From Firmicutes bacterium UBA4996 (GTDB taxonomy: Bacteria; Bacillota; Limnochordia; Darwinibacteriales; Darwinibacteriaceae): DNA of 47,677 nt. Both the position numbers and the translations under genes were made by a program. Under the pieces are notes generated by a model. That model did not search any database. It saw only the letters and a list, made by a program, of their open reading frames with translations, and had not been told where the DNA came from. Shown one piece after another: positions 18,247-27,691 of the stretch; the first letter of the stretch is position 1; every line of letters begins with the position of its first letter. Where the stretch lies: NCBI GenBank assembly GCA_002396805.1, contig DGYW01000046.1, positions 5,811 to 53,487 of the forward strand, read 5' to 3'.

Positions 18247-18917
18247 TGTTTAAATTCGGTCCATGGTTTTGTGGCAGGAGGTGGTTGAGCAAACTCCAAC
18301 TGTTCTTTGGTAGTAGGATGGATAAACCAGATCCGTTCGGCCCAAAGAGCAATTTGTTGTCTTTCATTGCTTCTGAGTCCATAGCGTTGATCCCCCACCA
18401 AGGGATGACCACTTTCAGCCATTTGAACCCGAATCTGGTGAGAACGTCCCGTGCGTAACTGAATGCGCACTAGACTATGAGTGGAAATCATGTCAATCAC
18501 TTGGTAGTCTAGCACAGCTTCTTGAGCACCAGGCACATTAGGCTTAACCACACTCACCAAATTCGTCTTGCGATCCTTAACTAAGTAGTTACGGAGATTG
18601 CCCTGCAGGGGTTGGGGGTGCCCAGCCACAACCGCCAGATAACCCCTACCGAAGGTGCCTTTTCTAATCTGCTCTGAGAGGCGTCCCGCGGCTTTGGAGG
18701 TTTTGGCGAAGACCATAACCCCACCTACTGGCCGGTCTAAACGATGAACCAAGCCTAAATAGACATTGCCAGGCTTGTCATAAGTTTCTTTGATGTACTC
18801 CTTCAGTAATGTAAGTAAATCTTCATCCCCCGTCTGATCTCCTTGAGACAATAGATTGGGGGGCTTCACCACCACTAGCAGATGATTGTCTTCGTATAAA
18901 ATGGGAATTGAGTTCAT
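18237..18917 (-). CDS. RluA/RluD-family RNA pseudouridine synthase (no S4 domain)
   Basis: ILYED, KPPNLLSQ, VHRLDRPVGG (catalytic Asp), TGRSHQIRVQ, HPLVGDQRYG. Confidence 0.93.
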   Translation of the reverse strand: MNSIPILYEDNHLLVVVKPPNLLSQGDQTGDEDLLTLLKEYIKETYDKPGNVYLGLVHRLDRPVGGVMVFAKTSKAAGRLSEQIRKGTFGRGYLAVVAGHPQPLQGNLRNYLVKDRKTNLVSVVKPNVPGAQEAVLDYQVIDMISTHSLVRIQLRTGRSHQIRVQMAESGHPLVGDQRYGLRSNERQQIALWAERIWFIHPTTKEQLEFAQPPPATKPWTEFKHKA

Positions 18918-19462
18918 TTAGACTCCTCTTTAGTCGCGTAATATTCTTCCTGAAGTAAGCCCATAATCACTAAATCATAGTATTCCCCATCCACAAACCG
19001 CTCTTCCCGTAAACGTCCTTCCTCTTGAAAACCTAGACGTTTATACACTTTCTGCGCCCGGGCATTGAAAGATAACACCCGAAGGCTCACCTTATGCATA
19101 TTCAGTTGCGCGAAAACAAATCGCAGCAAGACCTTAAGGGCATCTGTTCCATATCCCTGATCCCAATAAGCCTTATCCCCAATAAAGATACCTAACTCCA
19201 CAACCCTGTTTTTCCAGTCCAACTGGTTAATACCGCAGCCACCAATATATCGGGTGTCACTTAAAGTCTCAATAGCGAAACTATAAGTATCCGACCTAGC
19301 CGATTGTTGAGCAACCCACTTTTCCTCATCCCACAAGGTGAGTGGAAAAGGAGGTCCCCCCAGCAAGCGTTTTATTTCGGGATCATTCATATAAGCCTGA
19401 GCCAGGGCCGCATCTTCCTTACGATATTCTCGCAATCTCACTTTTTCACCAGTATACATCAT
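18914..19462 (-). CDS. GNAT acetyltransferase (RimJ/RimL-like)
   Basis: VRLRE, ELGIFIG, YWDQGYGTDAL, NARAQKVYKRLGFQEEG. Confidence 0.9.
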   Translation of the reverse strand: MMYTGEKVRLREYRKEDAALAQAYMNDPEIKRLLGGPPFPLTLWDEEKWVAQQSARSDTYSFAIETLSDTRYIGGCGINQLDWKNRVVELGIFIGDKAYWDQGYGTDALKVLLRFVFAQLNMHKVSLRVLSFNARAQKVYKRLGFQEEGRLREERFVDGEYYDLVIMGLLQEEYYATKEESK

Positions 19463-19475
19463 CCGGCCTCCTTGC

Positions 19476-21071
19476 CTAAGGGAATTGTTTTTTTGCGGTT
19501 AGGGGCATCTGGCGCTCGCTCCCTAAAATTGGAGTTGTCACTCGCAAAATCAGAGCCGCTTGCCTGCGCTTATAATCGTTGTTGTCAATGGTTCTTATCA
19601 CCCACTCCACCGTCTCCGGTGCGTAACCCTCTAGCACAATTTCCGTTGGAGTAAGACCCCCGTGGAGATAGTCTTGAATAATCCCATCCAAAATGTCATA
19701 GGGCGGCAGAGTTTCATCATCCCTTTGGTTGGGTCGCAATTCTGCGGAAGGCGGTTTTTCAATAGTATTCCACGGAATAATTTCGTCTTCCCGATTCATG
19801 TAATAAGCCAACTGGTAAACCATGGTCTTATACACATCGGCAATAACGGCAAGACCACCACTCATATCCCCATATAAAGTACAATAGCCCACAGCTAATT
19901 CGCTCTTGTTACTATTAGTAAGAACCAAACCACCAAACTTATTGGACAAGGCCATCAGAAGATTTCCTCTGAGGCGAGCCTGAATGTTTTCTTCAGCCAC
20001 ATTCATCTCAGTCCCGGCAAAGTGCTCCTCTAGTGTAGAAAGCATGGTTCCGTACAACCCATCAATAGGAAGAATATTAAACCTAATCCCTAAATTATTT
20101 GCCAAACCTTGGGCATCTTCCACACTACTGGGAGTCGAATAGGGTCCTGGTTGGGTAATACCCCACACATTTTCTGGACCAAGGGCTTCGCTGGCCAATA
20201 CAGCTACTACAGCGGAGTCTAGGCCACCTGAAAGACCAATGATCGCCTTACTCATGTCATTTTTGTGCACATAATCCCTTAAACCTAGCACTAAGGCCCG
20301 ATACAGTCGGGCAGTTTCATCTTCCTCCTCGAGAATATCTCTGAACTCATTAGTGGCCAAGTCTATTAAGGTGCCCGTTACTTCAAACTCTGGCGCTACA
20401 CCTAATAACTTGCCTGAAGGTGACACTGCTGAGCTACCGCCCGGGAAAATCAACTCGTCGTTACCACCAACTGCGTTAACCCTAAGCACAGGCAAGCCTG
20501 TGGCAACTGCAATACTGCGTAACCGTTCCGCATGTTTAGCAGACTCTCCCACTTGAAAGGGGACAGCAGAGAGATTAACAATTAAAGTAGCCCCTTTTTC
20601 TTTTAACTCTGAGGCAAGCGCTATATCTAACTCCAAACCGAGACTTAAGCTTACAACCTCTTCTCCTAATCTTACCAGGGTATGCTCTACTCCGTGTGAG
20701 AAATACCTACTTTCATCGAAGAGGCGTAGCCTAGTAAGTGTGCGCTTATGTTGCAAACCCAAGACTTCACCAGCTCGCATCATCACGGCAGAGTTAAACA
20801 GGCGAGTGCCGTCTTGCCAGGGCAATCCCACAACTAAAACCACCTGCGGATATTCCTCGGAAATGGCTATGAGTTCAACGAAGCTTTCTTGGATTTTGGT
20901 GAGAAAATCACGTCTCAACAACAAATCTTTAGGGGGATATCCAGTGAGAAACAATTCAGGGAAAACAACTAGATCTGCTCCGGTTTTGGCCCGAAGCACA
21001 TCTCTTATTTGTGCTAAGTTACCCTCTAAATCTCCCACCTTAGGATTGAGTTGGGCTAGATAAACCTTCAT
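19476..21071 (-). CDS. nadE: NAD+ synthetase, two-domain architecture, glutaminase domain apparently degenerate
   Basis: Nitrilase-like N-domain (AQLN, FPELFLTGYPP) plus synthetase domain (GLSGGLDS, ENIQARLRG, NKSELAVGYCTLYGD, KPPSAEL, YKRRQ). Confidence 0.93.
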   Translation of the reverse strand: MKVYLAQLNPKVGDLEGNLAQIRDVLRAKTGADLVVFPELFLTGYPPKDLLLRRDFLTKIQESFVELIAISEEYPQVVLVVGLPWQDGTRLFNSAVMMRAGEVLGLQHKRTLTRLRLFDESRYFSHGVEHTLVRLGEEVVSLSLGLELDIALASELKEKGATLIVNLSAVPFQVGESAKHAERLRSIAVATGLPVLRVNAVGGNDELIFPGGSSAVSPSGKLLGVAPEFEVTGTLIDLATNEFRDILEEEDETARLYRALVLGLRDYVHKNDMSKAIIGLSGGLDSAVVAVLASEALGPENVWGITQPGPYSTPSSVEDAQGLANNLGIRFNILPIDGLYGTMLSTLEEHFAGTEMNVAEENIQARLRGNLLMALSNKFGGLVLTNSNKSELAVGYCTLYGDMSGGLAVIADVYKTMVYQLAYYMNREDEIIPWNTIEKPPSAELRPNQRDDETLPPYDILDGIIQDYLHGGLTPTEIVLEGYAPETVEWVIRTIDNNDYKRRQAALILRVTTPILGSERQMPLTAKKQFP

Positions 21072-21075
21072 GATC

Positions 21076-22467
21076 TCACCTCTCTGGCTGAGTTTTAGCT
21101 ACAAAACACACTTTTTCCAGTTCTTCCTGCTCTTTGAGATGGACTAATTCTCCCCGCAAGAGCATGGTTGTGATAATAGTAGAACCAATATCCGAAACGG
21201 GAAAAGCCAAAAACACTCCAGTTAGGCCCCAAATCCGCGGTAGAACTAATAACATGGGAATCAAGAGTAACACTTGACGGGAAAGGGAGAGGAAAGCAGC
21301 TTTCTTCGGCTTACCTACCGCTTGAAAGTAGTTGGCCCCAACGATTTGAAGACCAATAATTGGGAACATCATCATGACTGTTTTCATGGCTCGAGCCCCT
21401 AGGCTCATCAGTTCCGCGTCGTGGCGTCCAAACAAAGACACCAATTGGACAGGCATAAAGCGAGTAGCCAAAAACCCTAGAGTAACAATAGAAGTAGCCC
21501 CAGCAATGGCATAAAAGAGAGTCTCTTTCACCCTTCCATACTTTTTCGCACCGTAGTTAAAACCAATGATCGGCTGGGAGCCCTGATTGATTCCGAAGAT
21601 GGGCATCATAAACAAAGTATTCACACTAAAGACAATGCCCATGGCTGAAATAGCTAGATCTCCACCATAAAAGGCTAGGCTTTGATTAAGAATTAGGTTA
21701 AGCAAACTTGCGGCCAATTGCATGGCGAAGGGCGCAAAACCGATGGAAATAATTTGGAGCACAACAGGCCATCTAATCTTATAAGAGTTTCTTAAATCCA
21801 GGTGGAGTTGGCCCTTTCCACGCAAAAAGAAAGCCACTACCCAAGTAGCAGAGATAATCTGCGAAATAATTGTGGCAAAGGCGGCACCCTTGATTCCCCA
21901 ACCAAAGACGAAAATAAACACAGGGTCTAAAATGGTATTGGTAATAGCACCGATCAACATTGTAGCCATCGCGGTTCGAGGGTTTCCCTGGGCTCTGATC
22001 ATATGGTTAAGACCAAAACCAATGGCTTGAAAAACGCCACCATAAAGAATGATACTCAGATAATCCCGCGAATAGGGCAAGACTGCTTCACTAGCCCCTA
22101 AGAGACGAATTAGTGGATCCAAAAAAACCAGACCCGAAACAGTAAGAACGAGAGAGAGCAAGACCAGCATGCCAAAGGCATTGGACATAATCTGTTCAGC
22201 TTCTTCTTGGCGTCCCTCACCTAGGCGAATAGAAATTAAAGCGGTGGCTCCTAATCCAATTAGCATGGAAAAGGCCATCTGCACCAACATAACGGGAAAT
22301 ACCACCGTTAAACCGGCTAGACCTAGAGGGCCTACCCCATTACCTACGAAGATTCGGTCCACCACATTATATAAAGCCTGTACCAACATTCCTACGATAG
22401 CGGGAATTGAAAACTCTAGTAATAAGGGCAGAATTTTTCCTTGCCCCAAACGTTCAGCACGGTCCAT
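21076..22467 (-). CDS. MATE-family efflux transporter (MepA-like)
   Basis: LYNVVDRIFVG, NTILDPVFIF, GIKGAAFAT, QPIIGFNYGA, about 12 hydrophobic segments. Confidence 0.93.
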   Translation of the reverse strand: MDRAERLGQGKILPLLLEFSIPAIVGMLVQALYNVVDRIFVGNGVGPLGLAGLTVVFPVMLVQMAFSMLIGLGATALISIRLGEGRQEEAEQIMSNAFGMLVLLSLVLTVSGLVFLDPLIRLLGASEAVLPYSRDYLSIILYGGVFQAIGFGLNHMIRAQGNPRTAMATMLIGAITNTILDPVFIFVFGWGIKGAAFATIISQIISATWVVAFFLRGKGQLHLDLRNSYKIRWPVVLQIISIGFAPFAMQLAASLLNLILNQSLAFYGGDLAISAMGIVFSVNTLFMMPIFGINQGSQPIIGFNYGAKKYGRVKETLFYAIAGATSIVTLGFLATRFMPVQLVSLFGRHDAELMSLGARAMKTVMMMFPIIGLQIVGANYFQAVGKPKKAAFLSLSRQVLLLIPMLLVLPRIWGLTGVFLAFPVSDIGSTIITTMLLRGELVHLKEQEELEKVCFVAKTQPER

Positions 22468-22504
22468 AACTTCACCTTTCTAGTACGCGTAATAATCTAT
22501 TGCT

Positions 22505-22533
22505 AGTATATCCTGCACCTGGTTAGAAGGCAA
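22505..22533 (-). promoter_or_regulatory. Sigma-A promoter of MATE-nadE-GNAT-rluA
   Basis: TTGCCT-N17-TATACT on the minus strand. Confidence 0.65.
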
Positions 22534-22550
22534 GTTTGGGCGTATTTTCA

Positions 22551-23429
22551 CTAACTGGGCCAACCCAATTCACGATGGCGAAAACGGGCTTTAATCTTCC
22601 GCTCCTCTAGCCTTCTAGCTAATTCTATGGCAATGGCAACTGAGCGGTGTTGCCCACCAGTGCAGCCAATACCAATTGTTAGTCTTGCCTTCCCTTCCCG
22701 GGCGTAAGCCGGGACTAAGGTAGAAACCAATTCCGTGAACTTTTCCAAAAAGTGTTGCGTAACGGGAAACTGCAAGACATAATCAGATACTCGTGTGTCT
22801 TGTCCAGTCAAGGGACGCAGTTCATCCACATAAAAGGGATTAGGAATGAAACGCACATCAAAGACGAGATCTGCATCGATGGGTGCCCCATACTTATAAC
22901 CAAAAGAGAAAATATCCACCGTTAAAGAATCATGCAATGGTGTGCCTTGATAAATCTCATTGAGGCGTACCCGGAGATCCATGGGCCGTAGATCAGTAGT
23001 GTCAATAATCACATGAGCCATTTCTCTAGCTTCCGCCAAAAGGCGCCGCTCCGTAGCAATGTTCTCGAAAATACTCTCTGGATTAGTCTGCCCCTTGACC
23101 AAAGGATGGAGCCGCCTAGTTTCACTGAAACGCTTAATTAGGACAGGGTCATTGCAGTCGAGAAAAACCAAATGATAAGAGTATCCACTATTTTCTAACC
23201 ATTCTAGAGATTGGCGTAAGTCACTGAAATACTCTCGGACCCGAATATCGATGGCAATAGCATATTGACGCGTAGAATCGCTTTGGCCATGCAACTCAAC
23301 CAAACGGGGTAGTAAAGCTGGAGGAAGGTTGTCAATGCAGAAAAAATGCAGATCCTCCAAGACTTTCATTGCCTGGGTCTTTCCAGCACCTGATAATCCT
23401 GTTACGATAACAAAATCAACGTTTTTCAC
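22551..23429 (-). CDS. rapZ: RNase adapter RapZ/YvcJ-family P-loop protein
   Basis: TGLSGAGKT, DNLP, FSETRR-HPL, SFGYKYG, FDVRFIPNP, IGCTGGQHRSV, HRE. Confidence 0.95.
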   Translation of the reverse strand: MKNVDFVIVTGLSGAGKTQAMKVLEDLHFFCIDNLPPALLPRLVELHGQSDSTRQYAIAIDIRVREYFSDLRQSLEWLENSGYSYHLVFLDCNDPVLIKRFSETRRLHPLVKGQTNPESIFENIATERRLLAEAREMAHVIIDTTDLRPMDLRVRLNEIYQGTPLHDSLTVDIFSFGYKYGAPIDADLVFDVRFIPNPFYVDELRPLTGQDTRVSDYVLQFPVTQHFLEKFTELVSTLVPAYAREGKARLTIGIGCTGGQHRSVAIAIELARRLEERKIKARFRHRELGWPS

Positions 23430-23432
23430 GCG

Positions 23433-24221
23433 TCACACCTCCAAACCTAATATTTCTCCAACAGCTTGGAGAATTCCATCCTCATCATTAGTCCCGGTTA
23501 CAAGATGGGCGTGCTTTTTTAGACTGGGATGGGAGTTACCCATGGCCACTCCGAAACCCGCCACCTTAAACATAGGTAGATCGTTTTCTCCATCGCCAAA
23601 GACAACAACTTCTCGAAGGGGAATACCTACAATCTCACTAATTACTTCAAGGGCGTGGGCCTTGCTCACACCACTAGATACCACTTCTAGATAACTAGAA
23701 AGAGAGCGACTTGCCACCACCTCTGGCACCTCAGCTTTCAATTCAGCTTGGAGGGCCAAAACCTCTTTAGGTTCGCCAATAACAAGAATTTTATGTGCCC
23801 TATCTACTGTTGCTAAATCCCGTATTTGAGCGGGGAATCCTACAATCTCCCCTTCCCTCGTGGAATGAGGATTCACTTCTTGAATAAACCAGTCCCAAGC
23901 GGTATAAACATTCACACTCAACCTATGCTGCAAGGCCCTTTCAATCACGGCTTGTGTCGCCTGAGTATCCATGGCTTCGTCGAGTAGAATATTCCCTCCA
24001 CGCACAACCAAGGCACCATTCAGACTAATGTAAAAGGGCTCTAATCCTAGTTCGGCCACAATAGGCTCCATGGCTAGAGGCGGGCGCGCACTCGCCAACA
24101 TAATGGGACTATCTCGCTGGGTCAAGAGAGCCATTGCCACTTTGGTGGACGCTAGAATTTGATGTTTTGTAGTAAGAATGGTTCCGTCAATATCGAAGAC
24201 GTAGAACATTGGATGGTTCAT
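23433..24221 (-). CDS. Cof-type HAD-IIB hydrolase
   Basis: DIDGT, ASAR, NGA, SKA, FGDGENDLPMF, AMGN. Confidence 0.92.
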   Translation of the reverse strand: MNHPMFYVFDIDGTILTTKHQILASTKVAMALLTQRDSPIMLASARPPLAMEPIVAELGLEPFYISLNGALVVRGGNILLDEAMDTQATQAVIERALQHRLSVNVYTAWDWFIQEVNPHSTREGEIVGFPAQIRDLATVDRAHKILVIGEPKEVLALQAELKAEVPEVVASRSLSSYLEVVSSGVSKAHALEVISEIVGIPLREVVVFGDGENDLPMFKVAGFGVAMGNSHPSLKKHAHLVTGTNDEDGILQAVGEILGLEV

Positions 24222-24296
24222 TAAATTTGCTCCTTAGACAGTTATCATCACCTTAGTTCCACAAAAGCGTGCAACTACCTCCCCATTTAGAACGCG

Positions 24297-24340
24297 AAAA
24301 ACCCACCTCCTAGCGAAAATCTACCAGCAGGCGGGTTTTT
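24297..24340. terminator. Terminator hairpin after the hypothetical secreted protein
   Basis: Minus strand AAAAACCCGCCT...AGGTGGGTTTTT. Confidence 0.7.
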
Positions 24341-24343
24341 GGT

Positions 24344-25147
24344 CTATTGATTATAGCGCCATTCCCAAGAAGGGCTAGGCGGCTCAGATAAGTGACTATT
24401 ATCCCTTAACTGCAGATTACGACTGTAAACTAAGATGGTTGGACCTTGCACTTCGTCCTGATGGTAGTTCCAGTGGCCCCCTTCGCGCTGTTGGTAAAGA
24501 CTAAAAGTAAACACTGTAGAATCGCCCCTGGGGTTAGGAGCCCGCATGGAAAGAATCATGTGGGGATTCACAAATTCAATGCTATTGCGGAGACGACCCT
24601 GTCTAAACCCACCTTCCACTGACTTGACCTGAATGCGGCCAGATTCGGCAGTACCCCAACCCCGATAATACTCGTCAACCGTTAACCTCAAAGGGCCATG
24701 TCCCTCCAAGATAAAGCCTAAATCAACTTCAACCTCCACCTCTTCTTGAGCCCTGACTACATAAGATTTCGGTTTGAAAATCTCCGATGTTTGCACTTCA
24801 ATAACTGCCCTTCGTTCCCATGCAGTGGCCTCAATCTCGAGAGGCTCTCCCCGCCAATTAGAACTTAACCTAAAGGCTTCGACCACAACTGTCCTGGCGG
24901 GGACTACTACTGTTCTTTCATAGAAATAAGGTTGCCAACGCTGATCTCGACCAGCGGAGGCAAGGGTTATGCTCTTTCGGGACATGGAGTCATTGGCTAA
25001 GGCCACCTTCATCACCTGGTCGTCAAGCCAAGCCACAACCAACACATCTCCTACATAGGCCTCACGAAGGGCTGCTAAGCCCGGAGTAGTCACTGCCAAG
25101 ATGGTCAAAAAAATCAAAATCAAGTGCGTCAAGTTTGCTTTACGCAT
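24344..25147 (-). CDS. Hypothetical secreted protein
   Basis: 267 aa ORF with GGAGGAG RBS, signal peptide ending GLAA and its own terminator. No family recognised. Confidence 0.75.
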   Translation of the reverse strand: MRKANLTHLILIFLTILAVTTPGLAALREAYVGDVLVVAWLDDQVMKVALANDSMSRKSITLASAGRDQRWQPYFYERTVVVPARTVVVEAFRLSSNWRGEPLEIEATAWERRAVIEVQTSEIFKPKSYVVRAQEEVEVEVDLGFILEGHGPLRLTVDEYYRGWGTAESGRIQVKSVEGGFRQGRLRNSIEFVNPHMILSMRAPNPRGDSTVFTFSLYQQREGGHWNYHQDEVQGPTILVYSRNLQLRDNSHLSEPPSPSWEWRYNQ

Positions 25148-25227
25148 CTACTATCTCCTCCCTAAAATCAGTCTATCATAGGCATTCGAGACGATTAACT
25201 ACTATTTGCCAGTAGATAGAAGATAAT

Positions 25228-26250
25228 CTAGGAGTAAAACCACTCCACCGGCAATACCCGCAGTTTGAGAGAGGTATTAGCAAAATAGTCGATTTCACCC
25301 TTGGTCCAGTGGTAATAGGTTAGGTAAATCAAATCTCTAACAAAGGTGATGCTAGTATAGGCGAAACAACTTTCGGGGTCATCCTCGAGATTTTTCACTT
25401 GTTCCCAGGTAGTCCCCTCATCCTTACTTATGGCCGCGGTTAACGGGGTGCGTTCAGACCAAGTAGCCTTACCGCCCTTGGGATTATTATTCCAAACCAT
25501 TAAGAGATCGCCAGTTTGTGGAATCCTAGCAATAGTAGCCGGTGCTAAGGGGGCAACTAAAGTGCTAGGGTAAAGTTTTCCCCAAGTTTCACCCCCATCA
25601 AAGGATTCGGAATAATAGATATAGTCCTGGGTGGTCCGGATGATCATCAACACGCTACCATCTTTCCGTTCTACAACGCCTGGTTCTTGAGCATGTTTAT
25701 CTCCAAAACCGGTCTCCCCCTGACCCTTCCACCAGGTATAGCCATCGTCATCGGAAATATAACAAAAGACAGAAGCAAAGTCTTCGCCACTTTCCCTCAC
25801 CGAATTGGCAACCGGCGCCAAAAGGCGACCGGAGTTTAATTGGATTACTCGAGCATTATTCATAACATTATAGCCATCCTTAGAAGACACTTGGATCGGC
25901 TTACTCCAAGTCTTGCCCTCATCCTGAGACCGGCGCATCATCACTTTCAGGTCTTCCCAGGAATTCTTGACCAGGTAAAAAAGCAATATGTCTCCCGACA
26001 GGGAGCGTAAGAGCGAAAGTGACATGACGTTACAGGCAGCCACATTCTCTTGGAGAATGTACTTTTCTCCCCAAGTACGGCCCCCATCTGCAGAAATCTG
26101 GGCTACCAAATGAGCCCCATCTCCATCGCCATGGCCTCCATAGAATTGGGTCCAGGCCAACAAGAGCCTACCATCCTTCAACTCAATGATGTCACCCTCT
26201 GAATTTCTGGGAAATTCAGGAGTTGCTGGAGCTACCATTAACTCAAACAC
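25228..26250 (-). CDS. BNR/Asp-box beta-propeller glycosidase (sialidase/GH33-like), cytoplasmic
   Basis: Five Asp-boxes: SADGGRTW, SQDEGKTW, SDDDGYTW, SFDGGETW, SKDEGTTW. Also QEP, IRT, RTPL and AYTS. No signal peptide. Confidence 0.85.
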   Translation of the reverse strand: MFELMVAPATPEFPRNSEGDIIELKDGRLLLAWTQFYGGHGDGDGAHLVAQISADGGRTWGEKYILQENVAACNVMSLSLLRSLSGDILLFYLVKNSWEDLKVMMRRSQDEGKTWSKPIQVSSKDGYNVMNNARVIQLNSGRLLAPVANSVRESGEDFASVFCYISDDDGYTWWKGQGETGFGDKHAQEPGVVERKDGSVLMIIRTTQDYIYYSESFDGGETWGKLYPSTLVAPLAPATIARIPQTGDLLMVWNNNPKGGKATWSERTPLTAAISKDEGTTWEQVKNLEDDPESCFAYTSITFVRDLIYLTYYHWTKGEIDYFANTSLKLRVLPVEWFYS

Positions 26251-27601
26251 AGATATTCCTCCGTTCTAATTCTGAACTAAGATACACTTCGAACTGGCTA
26301 ATCATAGGATAGCTGCGTGTCTCAATGATTTCCAGTCTTACTCGCCGAGCTGAGATGGGCTCAAAACGGCAAATTCGTTTGTAACCCACAATCGTTCCTT
26401 TAAAGAATTCTACCCACTTGGCCTGGGCTTCATAAAGCAATCTAAAAGCCTCAATACGTTGACCAAGCCTGATCTCTTCGCCCAAGACCACCCGATCAAA
26501 AGTCTGCATCTGCCCTAAATTCAGTTCTACACTAACCTGCGGAATCTGGTTCGCAGCTAAGTTGGTCTGAAAAGTTGCCCTTAACGCACTTCCCAATTCG
26601 CGCAAGCGGGCCACATCATTTTCGTGGATTAGGCCCCGCTGATCCGGAGGCACGTTCAGCAAAAAGGCGGCATTACCTCCTACGGAGTTATAATAAATGT
26701 GCAAAAGTTCTTCGAGAGTTCTCACCTGATCATCTTCGTGAGCGTGATAAAACCAGCCAGGTCGAATAGAAGTATTCACTTCTGCAGGATACCACACTAA
26801 ATCCTTCACTCCACGAATGGCATCCCTACTACCCAAGTCTTGATCGGCAGATCTAAACTGACGAGCAAACCTCCCATCGTCTACTTTTTGAGAGACTTCT
26901 TGAATCCGCTCCGCATCTTGGAGCGATGCTGGAACCACACTCCATTCGGACTGCCTAGTATGGCCTGCTTCATTACCACACCAGCGTACATCGGGACCTA
27001 CAACAGAGATCACCGCATTTGGCTGCAGCTCCCTAATCAAGGCATAGTAAGCTTCCCAATCATAGACTTGTCGCTTACCATTAGGTCCCTCACCACAGGC
27101 CCCATCAAACCACACTGAGAAGATTTCGCCATAGTTAGTCAACAGCTCTCTAAGTTGGCTAAGGAAGAATTGGTTATACCGCGGACTATCACCGTAGCTT
27201 GGTTCGTGCCGATCCCAGGGGGAGAGATAAATGCCGAAGGCCATACCCGCCTGGGCGCAAGCCTCTGCCACTTCGCCCACTACATCACCTTTTCCCTCAC
27301 GCCATGGACTGTTTTTTACACTATACTCTGTATAAGCACTAGGCCAAAGACAAAAGCCGTCATGATGTTTACAAGTTAAAATCAACCCCCGCATACCCGC
27401 GGCTTTTAAAGATTCAACCCATTGATTCGCATTTAACTCCGTTGGATTGAAAAGGCTGGGGTCCGCATCGCCAAAGCCCCATTCTTGATCAGTGAAAGTG
27501 TTCATACCAAAATGAATAAAACCGTAAAACTCCAACCGTTGCCAGCGCAATTGCCTATTTGAGGGGACAATATCCAGGGCTAATTGAACACTCTGCTCCA
27601 A
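26243..27601 (-). CDS. Alpha-L-fucosidase, GH29 (subfamily B-like)
   Basis: FIHFGMNTF, KHHDGFCLW, YLSPWD, WFDGA (nucleophile), RWCGNE, PAE, IRPGWFYH, LLNVPP. Likely TTG start at 27601 after GGTGGTG; the ORF track gives 27640. Confidence 0.92.
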   Translation of the reverse strand: MEQSVQLALDIVPSNRQLRWQRLEFYGFIHFGMNTFTDQEWGFGDADPSLFNPTELNANQWVESLKAAGMRGLILTCKHHDGFCLWPSAYTEYSVKNSPWREGKGDVVGEVAEACAQAGMAFGIYLSPWDRHEPSYGDSPRYNQFFLSQLRELLTNYGEIFSVWFDGACGEGPNGKRQVYDWEAYYALIRELQPNAVISVVGPDVRWCGNEAGHTRQSEWSVVPASLQDAERIQEVSQKVDDGRFARQFRSADQDLGSRDAIRGVKDLVWYPAEVNTSIRPGWFYHAHEDDQVRTLEELLHIYYNSVGGNAAFLLNVPPDQRGLIHENDVARLRELGSALRATFQTNLAANQIPQVSVELNLGQMQTFDRVVLGEEIRLGQRIEAFRLLYEAQAKWVEFFKGTIVGYKRICRFEPISARRVRLEIIETRSYPMISQFEVYLSSELERRNICV

Positions 27602-27643
27602 AGAATTCACCACCCGCGGTCTGTGATTTATACCGAACAACTG

Positions 27644-27674
27644 AAAACGACCCTACCCGCAAGGAGTAGGGTCG
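27644..27674 (-). terminator. Stem-loop or partial terminator after the sugar-binding protein gene
   Basis: Minus strand CGACCCTACTC-CTTGC-GGGTAGGGTCG-TTTT. Confidence 0.75.
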
Positions 27675-27691
27675 AAAACAACTAAGCGAGT

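Noticed and set aside
19476-21071. nadE as a pseudogene
   Set aside because: The ORF is uninterrupted and the synthetase motifs are intact. Only the glutaminase site is degenerate.
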